A stretch of 64,000 nucleotides of DNA from an uncultured Pirellulales bacterium (lineage in GTDB: Bacteria; Planctomycetota; Phycisphaerae; Sedimentisphaerales; Anaerobacaceae). The stretch spans positions 134-64,133 of the forward strand of contig CAZSOR010000001.1 of the NCBI GenBank assembly GCA_964608395.1, in the 5' to 3' direction. Made by a program: the position numbers and the translations under genes. Under the pieces are notes generated by a model. That model had not been told where the DNA came from, did no database searches, and worked only from the letters and a program-made list of their open reading frames with translations. Below are positions 56,360-64,000 of the stretch, piece after piece. Positions within the stretch are counted from its first letter, which is position 1; each line of letters opens with the position of its first letter.

Positions 56360-58123
56360 ATGAAACATATTTTTGACAAAAGTCTTAGCCTAATTTTAGC
56401 TTCTGTCCTTGTCTGCACTGCGTGTGTTCAGGCTGAAGCGGGCAGGTCTGTTAATATCGTTCCGTGGCCCCGGTCTATCGAATGTTCGGATCGGGTTGCG
56501 GCGGTTGAGCCGAAGATATATTTGGGCGATAATTCCCTTTCGTCTTTGTCGGAAGTTCTAAACGATTGTATTTATCGAATCACGGATTTTCGGTGCAAAG
56601 TCGTATCAAGCCGACCCGGATCGGGGATCGTTTTCGAAAGTGTTCCGGATATGAAGCCGGGTGCTTACTCTTTGACTGTAAAAGGTGAAAGGTGCGTACT
56701 GCGGGCCGGTTCATACGAGGGATTTGTTCACGGGACCGCGTCGCTTCTGCAGATATTGAAAGCGACTGACGGCATGCTGATTCTACCGGAAGTCGATATC
56801 AAGGATGAAGCTGACTACCCGTTCCGGTCGGTGTTGCTGGATCTGGGGAGGTTCTGGCAGCCGGTTCACACTATCAAGGAGACTATCGATCTGGCTTATA
56901 TTTACAAGCTCAACCATCTCCATCTGCACCTGTCGGACGATCAGTCGTTTACATTTCCATCGAAGGCGTTCCCGCGATTGAAATCATATTTTCCTGACGG
57001 CAGGAGAAGGCACTATACGCTTGAGGAACTCGAAGAAATCGTCGAGTACGCACGCGTGCGCGGGATCGTTGTGATTCCCGAGATCGACGTCCCGAGTCAT
57101 GCGGGCTGTCTTACCAGGCGGATGCCGGAACTGTTCGGCACCGTCGATCCTGAAACGGGAAAAGCCAAAAGCACCGGCGTTATCAATATGGCAAGCGAAA
57201 AAGCCTATGAATCGCTGGACGTTTTGATCGGCGAAGTATGCGATGTCTTCACCACCAGCCCCTATGTACACATCGGCGCCGATGAGGTCTCGCCGGGACA
57301 CCTTACCAAGTTGCCCGAATACATGCCGTACGTCACAAAGCATAACCTGCCCGAGGCCCGGAAAGGCAATACGGGCGAATTGTACTCTCATTTTGTCGTA
57401 CGGATGAATGAGATCGTCAAGAAACACGGTAAGAAGACCATGGCGTGGGAGGGCTTTCATGGCACTGGGACGAAGAATGCGAGAATCCCGAAGGATATCG
57501 TGGTGATGGTCTGGAACATGGGCTTCAATCCGCCGAAGCGGTTGCTCGAAAACGGGTATACTATTATCAATTGTGCGTGGAAGCCTTTGTATATCGTTCC
57601 GCCTCAGAATTACATGGACAGCCAGGGGTTCACCTACTCATGGGACATCCACGAGTTCCAGCATCGCAGGACGGATATTCCATACTCGAAGGTGGCGGCC
57701 GGTTCGGATATCATGGGAGCCCAGATTTGTTACTGGGAACATACCTATGAAGCGATAATCCCGTCTCTTCGCAGCCATATACCGGTCGTTTCGGAGCGCA
57801 TATGGAACCCAAAAGCCGGCCTTGAGTTCAGCGATTTCCAAAAACGGTTTGCCGATACCGATAAGGTTGTCGAAAAAATTATGCGTCCCGTGTCAATTAT
57901 GGCGGCAGGTTTGCTGGCTGACAGCAAGCAGACAGTCAGCTTCGACAAGACACTTCAGGTAAGTCTTTCAAGCGACCTGAGCGGTGTTATCCGCTATCGT
58001 CTGGACGACAACTGGGGACAATTCCCCGATGCTAAGAGCCAAAGCTATACTGGGCCCATTACCATAGACAAAACTCAAGTTGTTACGGCTGGTCTGTTCG
58101 ATGAGAATGATCACCTGATCTGA
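56360..58123 (+). CDS. GH20 beta-hexosaminidase, secreted
   Basis: 587 aa with a signal peptide. Motifs are FRSVLLDLGRFW, LNHLHLHLSDDQSF and HIGADEV. It ends at a TGA that is in frame with the next ORF. Confidence 0.8.
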   Translation: MKHIFDKSLSLILASVLVCTACVQAEAGRSVNIVPWPRSIECSDRVAAVEPKIYLGDNSLSSLSEVLNDCIYRITDFRCKVVSSRPGSGIVFESVPDMKPGAYSLTVKGERCVLRAGSYEGFVHGTASLLQILKATDGMLILPEVDIKDEADYPFRSVLLDLGRFWQPVHTIKETIDLAYIYKLNHLHLHLSDDQSFTFPSKAFPRLKSYFPDGRRRHYTLEELEEIVEYARVRGIVVIPEIDVPSHAGCLTRRMPELFGTVDPETGKAKSTGVINMASEKAYESLDVLIGEVCDVFTTSPYVHIGADEVSPGHLTKLPEYMPYVTKHNLPEARKGNTGELYSHFVVRMNEIVKKHGKKTMAWEGFHGTGTKNARIPKDIVVMVWNMGFNPPKRLLENGYTIINCAWKPLYIVPPQNYMDSQGFTYSWDIHEFQHRRTDIPYSKVAAGSDIMGAQICYWEHTYEAIIPSLRSHIPVVSERIWNPKAGLEFSDFQKRFADTDKVVEKIMRPVSIMAAGLLADSKQTVSFDKTLQVSLSSDLSGVIRYRLDDNWGQFPDAKSQSYTGPITIDKTQVVTAGLFDENDHLI

Positions 58124-58186
58124 CCATACTCGCAGGAGGCGTTCTACAAAATCGAGCCGGCATATAAGTACCGTGTATTCGGACCG

Positions 58187-59134
58187 GTGCCCAGAGGTGG
58201 CTGGTCGAAGATGCCCGAGTTTTCAACGCTGAAGGAAATTCGAACTGGTGTGCTTGGATACGCAGACAAGGATCGCATGTATCATCTGAACCGTGTCGTG
58301 TTCGCCAAGAATCCTTCGCTTGGGCATATCGACACACAGCCTTATCGACAGTTCAATCCGTTCGCTCTGGAACTGATGGGGCAGATTGAAATCCCAAAGG
58401 CCGGTGAGTATACGTTTAAGATCAGAAGTCCGTTTGGAATGGCGAAAATATACTTCGGCGATAAATGTGTGGGCAAATGCAACAAGCCCGGCCACCAGGG
58501 AGAAATCGCAACCGGCCATCTTGAGGCTGGTGTTTATCCCTTCCGGATAGAGTATTTCTATTCGATGATCATGAACCAGTTGAATATTCAGATGAAGACA
58601 GCCGACGATGGTAAGTTCGAATCGTTCGACAAATTTGTTCTGCCGATCTCGAAATGGAAGCACAAAGAGAAGCTTGCAAAAGTCCCGCTAGATGAGGTGT
58701 TCGCTGACCCGGCGCGCCAGAAATACCTTAACCTCGCTACTGACAAGCCCGTGAAAGTTTCCGGGGAGACACAGCCGCCCAACTACCCTGAAAACGCCGT
58801 TGACGCCGATGTTACCAACCGGTCCGGCTGGCACTGCGGGTCCAGTCCGCAATGGCTTGAGGTCGATCTGGAAAAACAATATTCCATCAACCGTGTCAAA
58901 CTGTATACCTATTATGACGGCTGGCGGCACTATCGCTACTTCATCGAGATATCCTCTGACGGGAAGAATTATACCGAGGTCGTCGATCAGCGTAAAAACA
59001 CCACACCGTCAACCGAGAAAGGTTTCGAGCACTCGTTCAAAGCGGTAAACGCAAGGTATGTCAAAGTGACAATGGTTTCGAACAGTGCCAATCCCGGTGT
59101 GCACATTAACGAACTGATAGTCCTGGGCGATTAA
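58187..59134 (+). CDS. PA14-like plus F5/8-type-C (discoidin/CBM32-like) module ORF; probably the severed C-terminus of the GH20 gene
   Basis: It is in the same frame as 56360-58123, separated by one TGA and 21 open codons (PYSQEAFYKIEPAYKYRVFGP). It has GEYTFKIRSPFGMAKIYFGD...FRIEYFY (PA14-like) and NLATDKPVKVSG...WLEVDLEKQYSINRVKLY...YVKVTM (discoidin-like). It has no signal peptide or good start of its own (GTG). Confidence 0.6.
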   Translation: MPRGGWSKMPEFSTLKEIRTGVLGYADKDRMYHLNRVVFAKNPSLGHIDTQPYRQFNPFALELMGQIEIPKAGEYTFKIRSPFGMAKIYFGDKCVGKCNKPGHQGEIATGHLEAGVYPFRIEYFYSMIMNQLNIQMKTADDGKFESFDKFVLPISKWKHKEKLAKVPLDEVFADPARQKYLNLATDKPVKVSGETQPPNYPENAVDADVTNRSGWHCGSSPQWLEVDLEKQYSINRVKLYTYYDGWRHYRYFIEISSDGKNYTEVVDQRKNTTPSTEKGFEHSFKAVNARYVKVTMVSNSANPGVHINELIVLGD

Positions 59135-59333
59135 GCCGTAAGGAGAACGTATGCAACTATCCGATGTTCGCTTTCGTTGCACTGTATCACATTCCGGGCA
59201 GCGAATCCATGCGTCCGAAAGCCATCCGGCAATCATGGGAAACCGAAGGTGACTGAACAATGTCGCCGAATATGAATCGAGACGAGAAGGATAGATTGGA
59301 CTTGCGTATTGTCTAACAACGAGGAACAAGTAG

Positions 59334-60899
59334 ATGAACCGAATAAGCAGACGGACTTTTATGAAGAGTGTCGCGATTGGTGGAAAGCTCGGCTACGGCG
59401 CGATGGGCAATCGGCTGGGCCAGGAAAGGCCGAGCCGGCCGAACATTCTGTGGATTACTATCGAAGACTGGAGTCCGGATCTTTCCTGCTACGGCACCAA
59501 AGGGATCCACACACCGCATGTTGACAAACTGGCATCAGAAGGGATTCGTTACAAAACGGCATTTACCACTTCGCCGGTCTGCTCCGCATCGCGTTCGGCC
59601 ATGATGACAGGCTTTCATCAGAACTACATCCGAGCGAACCAGCACCGCGAAAACAACAAGAAACCGCTGCCGCATGGCATCAAGCCCATCCCGCATCTGT
59701 TACAGGAGGCGGGCTACTTCACTGCCCTGATGAGCTGGAAGACCGACTGCAACTTTACGCCGAATAAGAAGGAAGAGCTGTTTATGGGAAAAGACTGGGC
59801 CGAACGTAAACCGAGCCAGCCCTTCTTCGCACGCATAACCTTCGGCGGCACTCATCGCACCTTCAATCGCGACCCGGAGCGCCCCATCGATATCGAGGAT
59901 GTGGAGCTTCCGCCGTACTACCCCGATACGCCGTTTTGCCGTCGCGACTGGACAAATGGGTTGGAGCAGATGCAGTTGGTGGATCGTGAAGTCGGAGCGC
60001 TGCTCAAGCGACTCGATGACGAGGGCCTGGCAGACAACACGATTATCTTCTTCATAGGCGATCATGGACGTTGTCATGTTCGTGGCAAGCAGTTTCTTTA
60101 TGACGGTGGTATTCGCATTCCGATGATCATGCGTTGGCCGGGCAAGGTCGCTCCGGGGCAGGTCAGCGAAAGTCTGGTAATGTCGATCGATATCTGCGCC
60201 ACAATATTGGAGACGGTGGGAGTCAAACCTCCGGTTCCTCTGCATGGCAAGAGCTTGTTTAGCAAGGATGTGAAGAATCGTAAATATGTTTTCGCGGCGC
60301 GCGACAAGATGGACGAAACGCACGACTCCATACGGGCGATCCGCTCAAAGGATTATAAGCTAATCCTCAACTTGATGCCTGAACGTCCCTGGTGCCAATA
60401 CAATCGCTACAAAGAAAATGGGTATCCCATGCTCGCGGAGCTAAATGTCTTGAACCTGAAAGGACAGCTTACACCCGAGCAAGCAGCCTTCCTGGCCCCC
60501 ACGAAACCAGACGTCGAGTTGTACGACCTGCGCAGCGATCCGTACGAAGTAAAGAACCTCGCTGAAGATCCCGATTACGCGCGGATCAAAGCTGAAATGC
60601 TCTCTGAACTGGGCAAGTGGCGCAAAAATGTAATTCACGACGAGGGTGTATCCGAGGATTTTCGCGCCATTAATGTCTTTACGGCCTCATGCCCCATGTC
60701 AAAAGTGGACGACTGGGTCGAGGCAAACGCCGATAAGTACGACTTCAATAAATACGGATGGTCCTCTTGGTATCCCACCCGATCGCTCAAGTATTGGGAA
60801 GAAGTCCGAACTCTGTGGGAACCTTATGTCTTCCGCAGCCCCACGGAGAAAGTATCCAGGCCAGCGATCGGACATTCGAGGAAGAAGAAACAATTATGA
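59334..60899 (+). CDS. Type I (S1) sulfatase with Tat-like signal
   Basis: 521 aa. It has MNRISRRTFMKSVAIGG, RPNILWITIEDW and CSASRSAMMTG, which is within the (C/S)-x-(P/A)-x-R consensus. Confidence 0.85.
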   Translation: MNRISRRTFMKSVAIGGKLGYGAMGNRLGQERPSRPNILWITIEDWSPDLSCYGTKGIHTPHVDKLASEGIRYKTAFTTSPVCSASRSAMMTGFHQNYIRANQHRENNKKPLPHGIKPIPHLLQEAGYFTALMSWKTDCNFTPNKKEELFMGKDWAERKPSQPFFARITFGGTHRTFNRDPERPIDIEDVELPPYYPDTPFCRRDWTNGLEQMQLVDREVGALLKRLDDEGLADNTIIFFIGDHGRCHVRGKQFLYDGGIRIPMIMRWPGKVAPGQVSESLVMSIDICATILETVGVKPPVPLHGKSLFSKDVKNRKYVFAARDKMDETHDSIRAIRSKDYKLILNLMPERPWCQYNRYKENGYPMLAELNVLNLKGQLTPEQAAFLAPTKPDVELYDLRSDPYEVKNLAEDPDYARIKAEMLSELGKWRKNVIHDEGVSEDFRAINVFTASCPMSKVDDWVEANADKYDFNKYGWSSWYPTRSLKYWEEVRTLWEPYVFRSPTEKVSRPAIGHSRKKKQL

Positions 60900-62212
60900 A
60901 ACATGTCCTGTTAATGATAGCGATTGTTATGTTGCCCCCGACTGTTGACGCTGCATACAAAGAAACCATGGATCCAGCCGGATTGACCAGGAACCTGAAG
61001 ACGGATTATGGCTTGGTTGACGACAACGCGAAAAGCAATCAGAGCGAAAAACTCCAGAAGGCGATTGATGAAGTCTCGGAAAAGGGCGGAGGCAAGCTGA
61101 TCCTTCCGAAAGGGACATACAGATTTTCCGGGATCTATTTGAGATCCAATGTGCATATTCTGATAGAGGAAGATACGGTGATTAGACCCTATTGGCCCGC
61201 AGGGACAAAAACGGTCGTTTTCACTTTGGGGGTAAGCAGAGATACCAAAGATGGTTATATCGAGAATGTCAGCATCCGCGGGTTGGGCGGCACATTTATT
61301 GTCGATTATTCAGGTCGCGGAAGCGTGTCGGGCGAGGGCATACGGACCATCAACTGCAGGCAGGTCAGGAACTTCCTGCTTTCAGATATCTATATCAAGG
61401 ACAGCTTTACCACCTATTGCGCAGTCATTTTTACTCCCGCCAAGGACAAAGACGCGCGCAACAGGGCCGTTTTCAGGCCCACGCACGGTCTGGTGAAGAA
61501 TCTCAAGTGCACGAATTCAAGCCCGGGATACGGCTTGGTCCAAATGCATGCGGGAGACTATATTCAATTTGAAAACCTCAAAGCCATCGGCGGGGGAGTC
61601 ACGTTCCGATTGGAGACTGGTGCCGGAGGCCATAACGGCGGAATACACAATATCACCGCCAGAAATCTCTACTGCGAAGACGGCAGTACGGCGGTGTTGC
61701 TCGGGCCACATAAAGCTCAAAACGGCGTTGTTCATGTTGATGGGATCACTGTGAAAAGCTGTGCTTTTGCCGTCACGATGGGGCCCGGCTACGTTGAGAA
61801 GAGGAATCTGGGTGATCCACACTACAAACCCGGCAGATTTGCAGACGGGACGACGGTGAGGAATATTCACGCGATTTTCGGGACCAATGCCGCCATATCG
61901 CTCAAAGGGCTTGCCAATGTTCCGAAGGAATACCTCAAAGAACTCCGGTTCGACAAGAACGATCGGGCACTCAAACGTGTCAGAGGTCCCTCGGTTGGCG
62001 TCGTATTGAATCGGACGGCGGGTAGTTGGAACCCTATTATCGAGAATGTGACAAGCGAGGGTTTCAAATACAACAAAGGCATTCTTAAGATAGACGAGAA
62101 ACAGCCCAGAAACTGGAGGGAATTGCTCGAAGGGCTGCCGATTCTCAGAGAATTCCCGCCAGATATGCGAAAGAAGGAGGATAAGAAGGAGAAACAGGGG
62201 GCAAACGACTAA
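60896..62212 (+). CDS. Secreted pectate-lyase-superfamily (Pectate_lyase_3-like) beta-helix glycosidase-like protein
   Basis: It has a signal peptide MKHVLLMIAIVMLPPTVDA and the block SEKLQKAIDEVSEKGGGKLILPKGTYRFSGIYLRSNVHILIEEDTVI. ATG 60896 overlaps the sulfatase stop (ATGA). The track start 60758 lies inside the sulfatase gene. Confidence 0.65.
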   Translation: MKHVLLMIAIVMLPPTVDAAYKETMDPAGLTRNLKTDYGLVDDNAKSNQSEKLQKAIDEVSEKGGGKLILPKGTYRFSGIYLRSNVHILIEEDTVIRPYWPAGTKTVVFTLGVSRDTKDGYIENVSIRGLGGTFIVDYSGRGSVSGEGIRTINCRQVRNFLLSDIYIKDSFTTYCAVIFTPAKDKDARNRAVFRPTHGLVKNLKCTNSSPGYGLVQMHAGDYIQFENLKAIGGGVTFRLETGAGGHNGGIHNITARNLYCEDGSTAVLLGPHKAQNGVVHVDGITVKSCAFAVTMGPGYVEKRNLGDPHYKPGRFADGTTVRNIHAIFGTNAAISLKGLANVPKEYLKELRFDKNDRALKRVRGPSVGVVLNRTAGSWNPIIENVTSEGFKYNKGILKIDEKQPRNWRELLEGLPILREFPPDMRKKEDKKEKQGAND

Positions 62213-62267
62213 CCAACTCCCACTGCGTCTATTTCAAGACAACTCTACCTTACATCGGTCCGGGTGA

Positions 62268-63512
62268 TTAGTTCTTGAGGTCTTCCTTGGCGAGGTTTTC
62301 CATTTTTTTGCGTAGACCTGCTCCCAATCCGCTTCGGAAATAGAATTCCGGCGGCCAGTAGTGTTCCGGATCCTTCATCCAATGATCATGGTAATCCAGG
62401 CTGAGATCGCAGTCGAACCGAGCGAGAATGCTGTGTTTGGTCTGCCTTGTTCCGGGTGTTGTGAAGTGACAAAGACCCCAGGTTATGCCGCGTCCGTCTG
62501 ACGTATTCGTAAATGCGTCCGGCACATAGGGGCCAGGTGCAATAGGCATCAAACTGACACTGGAGGCCACAGAAAAGTTGATGCCGTCCGGAGCGAATTG
62601 AATGGTATTGTGTTCGTTGCCGTGACGAATCGCCAGTGCTGCAATCCCACCTTTAAAGGGAAAGAGCCCTGTTTCATGGCCGGAATTTAGTACCGGATTC
62701 AGAGGACATTTCTCAAAGGGGCCCAAGGGATCTTCGGCAATGGCCAGTCCCTGCGCCCGGATATGCTGTTGACCGTTAAAATCGGATTTATAATAGAGAT
62801 AGATCTTGCCCTTATAAACCAATGGATAGGGATCGTGAATGGAGTATTGGTCCCAAGTGCCCTTGGGGCCGTTGGGAATCACAATCTTGTGGGTAGGCTT
62901 CCAGGGGCCGTCCGGAGAATCCGCCACGGATACTGTCACCGGGCAGTCGTCACCGCGTCTGCCTGACATTTCCATAAATCCCTGGTAGTAGAGATAGTAC
63001 TTTCCTTGCCACACCAGCACATCCGGTGTGGATACCGAACGCCAACCAACATGGTCCTTGGGTGGTCGCGGCACGGCCACACCCTGCTCTTTCCACACGA
63101 AACCATCTTTACTTGTTGCAAACCAGATTTCCGCCAGATCCCAGTCGGTTGAAGGAATTACATCCGTGCCGCCCTGCGCGCCGCGTGGGGGAGTATTGGT
63201 GTGACGGTGTGTGTACCAGACATAATACTTGCCGTTGGCTTTGATCACCTTGGTCGGATCGCGACGTGAAATCGTGCCGTCTCCATTGTGATAATCCAAT
63301 CCCTCCAGCTCCGTGTACCGGAATTTTGAAAATAGCTCATTCCACCAGTAGGTTGGTGCGCTGTAGGCCGTGTAGGCTCGCTCCATTGCCTTACTCAGCG
63401 GCATGTCCGGCTTATCCCGCGGCATCTTATACGGGAAGAACATCTCCTCCGAGCTCCCAATGACTGACAAAACAAGAACTGCCAACAAAGCTGAATAATA
63501 ACTGCGTTTCAT
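62268..63512 (-). CDS. GH117-like alpha-1,3-(3,6-anhydro)-L-galactosidase (neoagarobiose hydrolase family)
   Basis: 414 aa with a signal peptide. The N-terminal helical segment is PLSKAMERAYTAYSAPTYWWNELF. It also has ISRRDPTKVIKANGKYYVWYT and adjacent His-Glu in NSGHETGLFPF, as I recall for GH117 enzymes. Confidence 0.6.
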   Translation of the reverse strand: MKRSYYSALLAVLVLSVIGSSEEMFFPYKMPRDKPDMPLSKAMERAYTAYSAPTYWWNELFSKFRYTELEGLDYHNGDGTISRRDPTKVIKANGKYYVWYTHRHTNTPPRGAQGGTDVIPSTDWDLAEIWFATSKDGFVWKEQGVAVPRPPKDHVGWRSVSTPDVLVWQGKYYLYYQGFMEMSGRRGDDCPVTVSVADSPDGPWKPTHKIVIPNGPKGTWDQYSIHDPYPLVYKGKIYLYYKSDFNGQQHIRAQGLAIAEDPLGPFEKCPLNPVLNSGHETGLFPFKGGIAALAIRHGNEHNTIQFAPDGINFSVASSVSLMPIAPGPYVPDAFTNTSDGRGITWGLCHFTTPGTRQTKHSILARFDCDLSLDYHDHWMKDPEHYWPPEFYFRSGLGAGLRKKMENLAKEDLKN

Positions 63513-63869
63513 TGAATCACCTTTCTTTATCTTTGGGCGATATGCTGAAGTACTGGCACATCCAACCGTAACCGGTTTCTTCTCATATTCACACCTCTAT
63601 ACCAAATCTCTGATTTGCTCCAATAAGAATACCTCAATTACCAGAGAGGAGCAAGTTCTCTGTTCCAGTCGATTCTGAAATGAAGCTCAGATTCAACGAT
63701 TCCTGCTCAACACTTTGAATTCGAAGATGCGGTTCCCATTCAGCAGTTCGTTTCTGATTTGTAGGGCAGGCCGTTCGGCAAGAAATAATAGTCCGTATAC
63801 AACAGCAGAGATTCTTGGTATGATCCAGTAACATAAACATTCGAAGCTCAAAACTTGAAGGATCAGCAA

Positions 63870-64000
63870 ATGCAGAAGATATTTCTCATGCCGCTGCTGA
63901 CGGCATATATCGGGTGTATGACCAGTGTTGCGTTTTCAAGCACCTTGCCTGAAAAGGGAGCGGCTAGTCCCAAAACAAGCGTACCGCGACTTCTTGGACG
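63870..64000 (+). CDS. 5' end of a secreted protein (signal peptide only visible), runs off the window
   Basis: ATG 63870 is preceded by AAGGA. The visible sequence is MQKIFLMPLLTAYIGCMTSVAFSSTLPEKGAASPKTSVPRLLG, and the frame is open to the window end. Confidence 0.35.
   Translation, partial: MQKIFLMPLLTAYIGCMTSVAFSSTLPEKGAASPKTSVPRLLG

Noticed and set aside
46764-58123. Idea that the in-frame TGA or TAA codons reflect an alternative genetic code or selenocysteine
   Set aside because: All three stop codons terminate clearly complete genes in this same window. The interrupted positions align to Tyr/Trp and unrelated residues. No SECIS-like context or Sec-utilising enzyme family is involved.
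59151-59252. 33-codon ORF (MQLSDVRFRCTVSHSGQRIHASESHPAIMGNRR) with AGGAG 5 nt upstream, between the discoidin ORF and the sulfatase
   Set aside because: A good RBS is the only evidence. The peptide has no signal, no hydrophobic segment and no recognisable family. It might be a leader peptide, but I cannot support it.
59334-60899. CSASR instead of CxPxR in the second sulfatase as an unusual active site
   Set aside because: Ala at that position is within the accepted (C/S)-x-(P/A)-x-R formylglycine consensus, so it is not anomalous. No FGE or anSME gene lies in the window, but these are usually encoded elsewhere.
1-64000. Search by eye for tRNA, rRNA, CRISPR arrays, toxin-antitoxin or defence-system gene sets
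   Set aside because: I found none. There are no regularly spaced repeats, no cloverleaf-like segments in the intergenic regions, and every large ORF has a metabolic, CAZyme or structural assignment. Small ncRNAs cannot be excluded without covariance-model scans.

Overview
This 64-kb window is about 50% GC by hand counts, with several AT-rich islets. It looks like a PVC-superphylum-type polysaccharide degrader: a DUF1559/H-X9-DG pseudopilin, many signal-peptide CAZymes, S1 sulfatases and no SusC/D. Bases 1-21034 (all minus strand) form a tightly packed 12-gene operon headed by a LacI-type repressor. Its order is a cytoplasmic heparinase II/III-like lyase, GH3, a TIM-barrel isomerase and an SSS permease, followed by seven secreted proteins: beta-helix proteins, an alginate-lyase-fold::GH-A fusion, a second heparinase II/III-like protein, DUF1593, a CE6-like esterase and another hydrolase. 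Bases 21-33 kb hold two GH29 genes, a beta-helix-PDZ protein, a sulfatase remnant, a ~1180-aa PA14/LamG lectin-like protein and the pseudopilin. A transposase fragment at 33.4 kb marks a switch to unrelated genes: a Tat-FAD oxidoreductase, a CotH/LTD protein, an in-frame LamG::aminotransferase chimera with a 2-hydroxyacid dehydrogenase, and a PQQ-type propeller. Bases 44-63.5 kb look like a red-algal-galactan toolkit (2x GH16, GH117, GH2, GH29, GH20, 2 sulfatases), and several of its genes carry in-frame stops or frameshifts. I found no rRNA, tRNA or CRISPR array, and nothing resembling a known defence or secretion machine. The novelty candidates are architectural (fusions, the chimera, the pseudopilin-lectin pair) and evolutionary (localised gene erosion). 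All family calls come from motif recognition by eye, not from searches.
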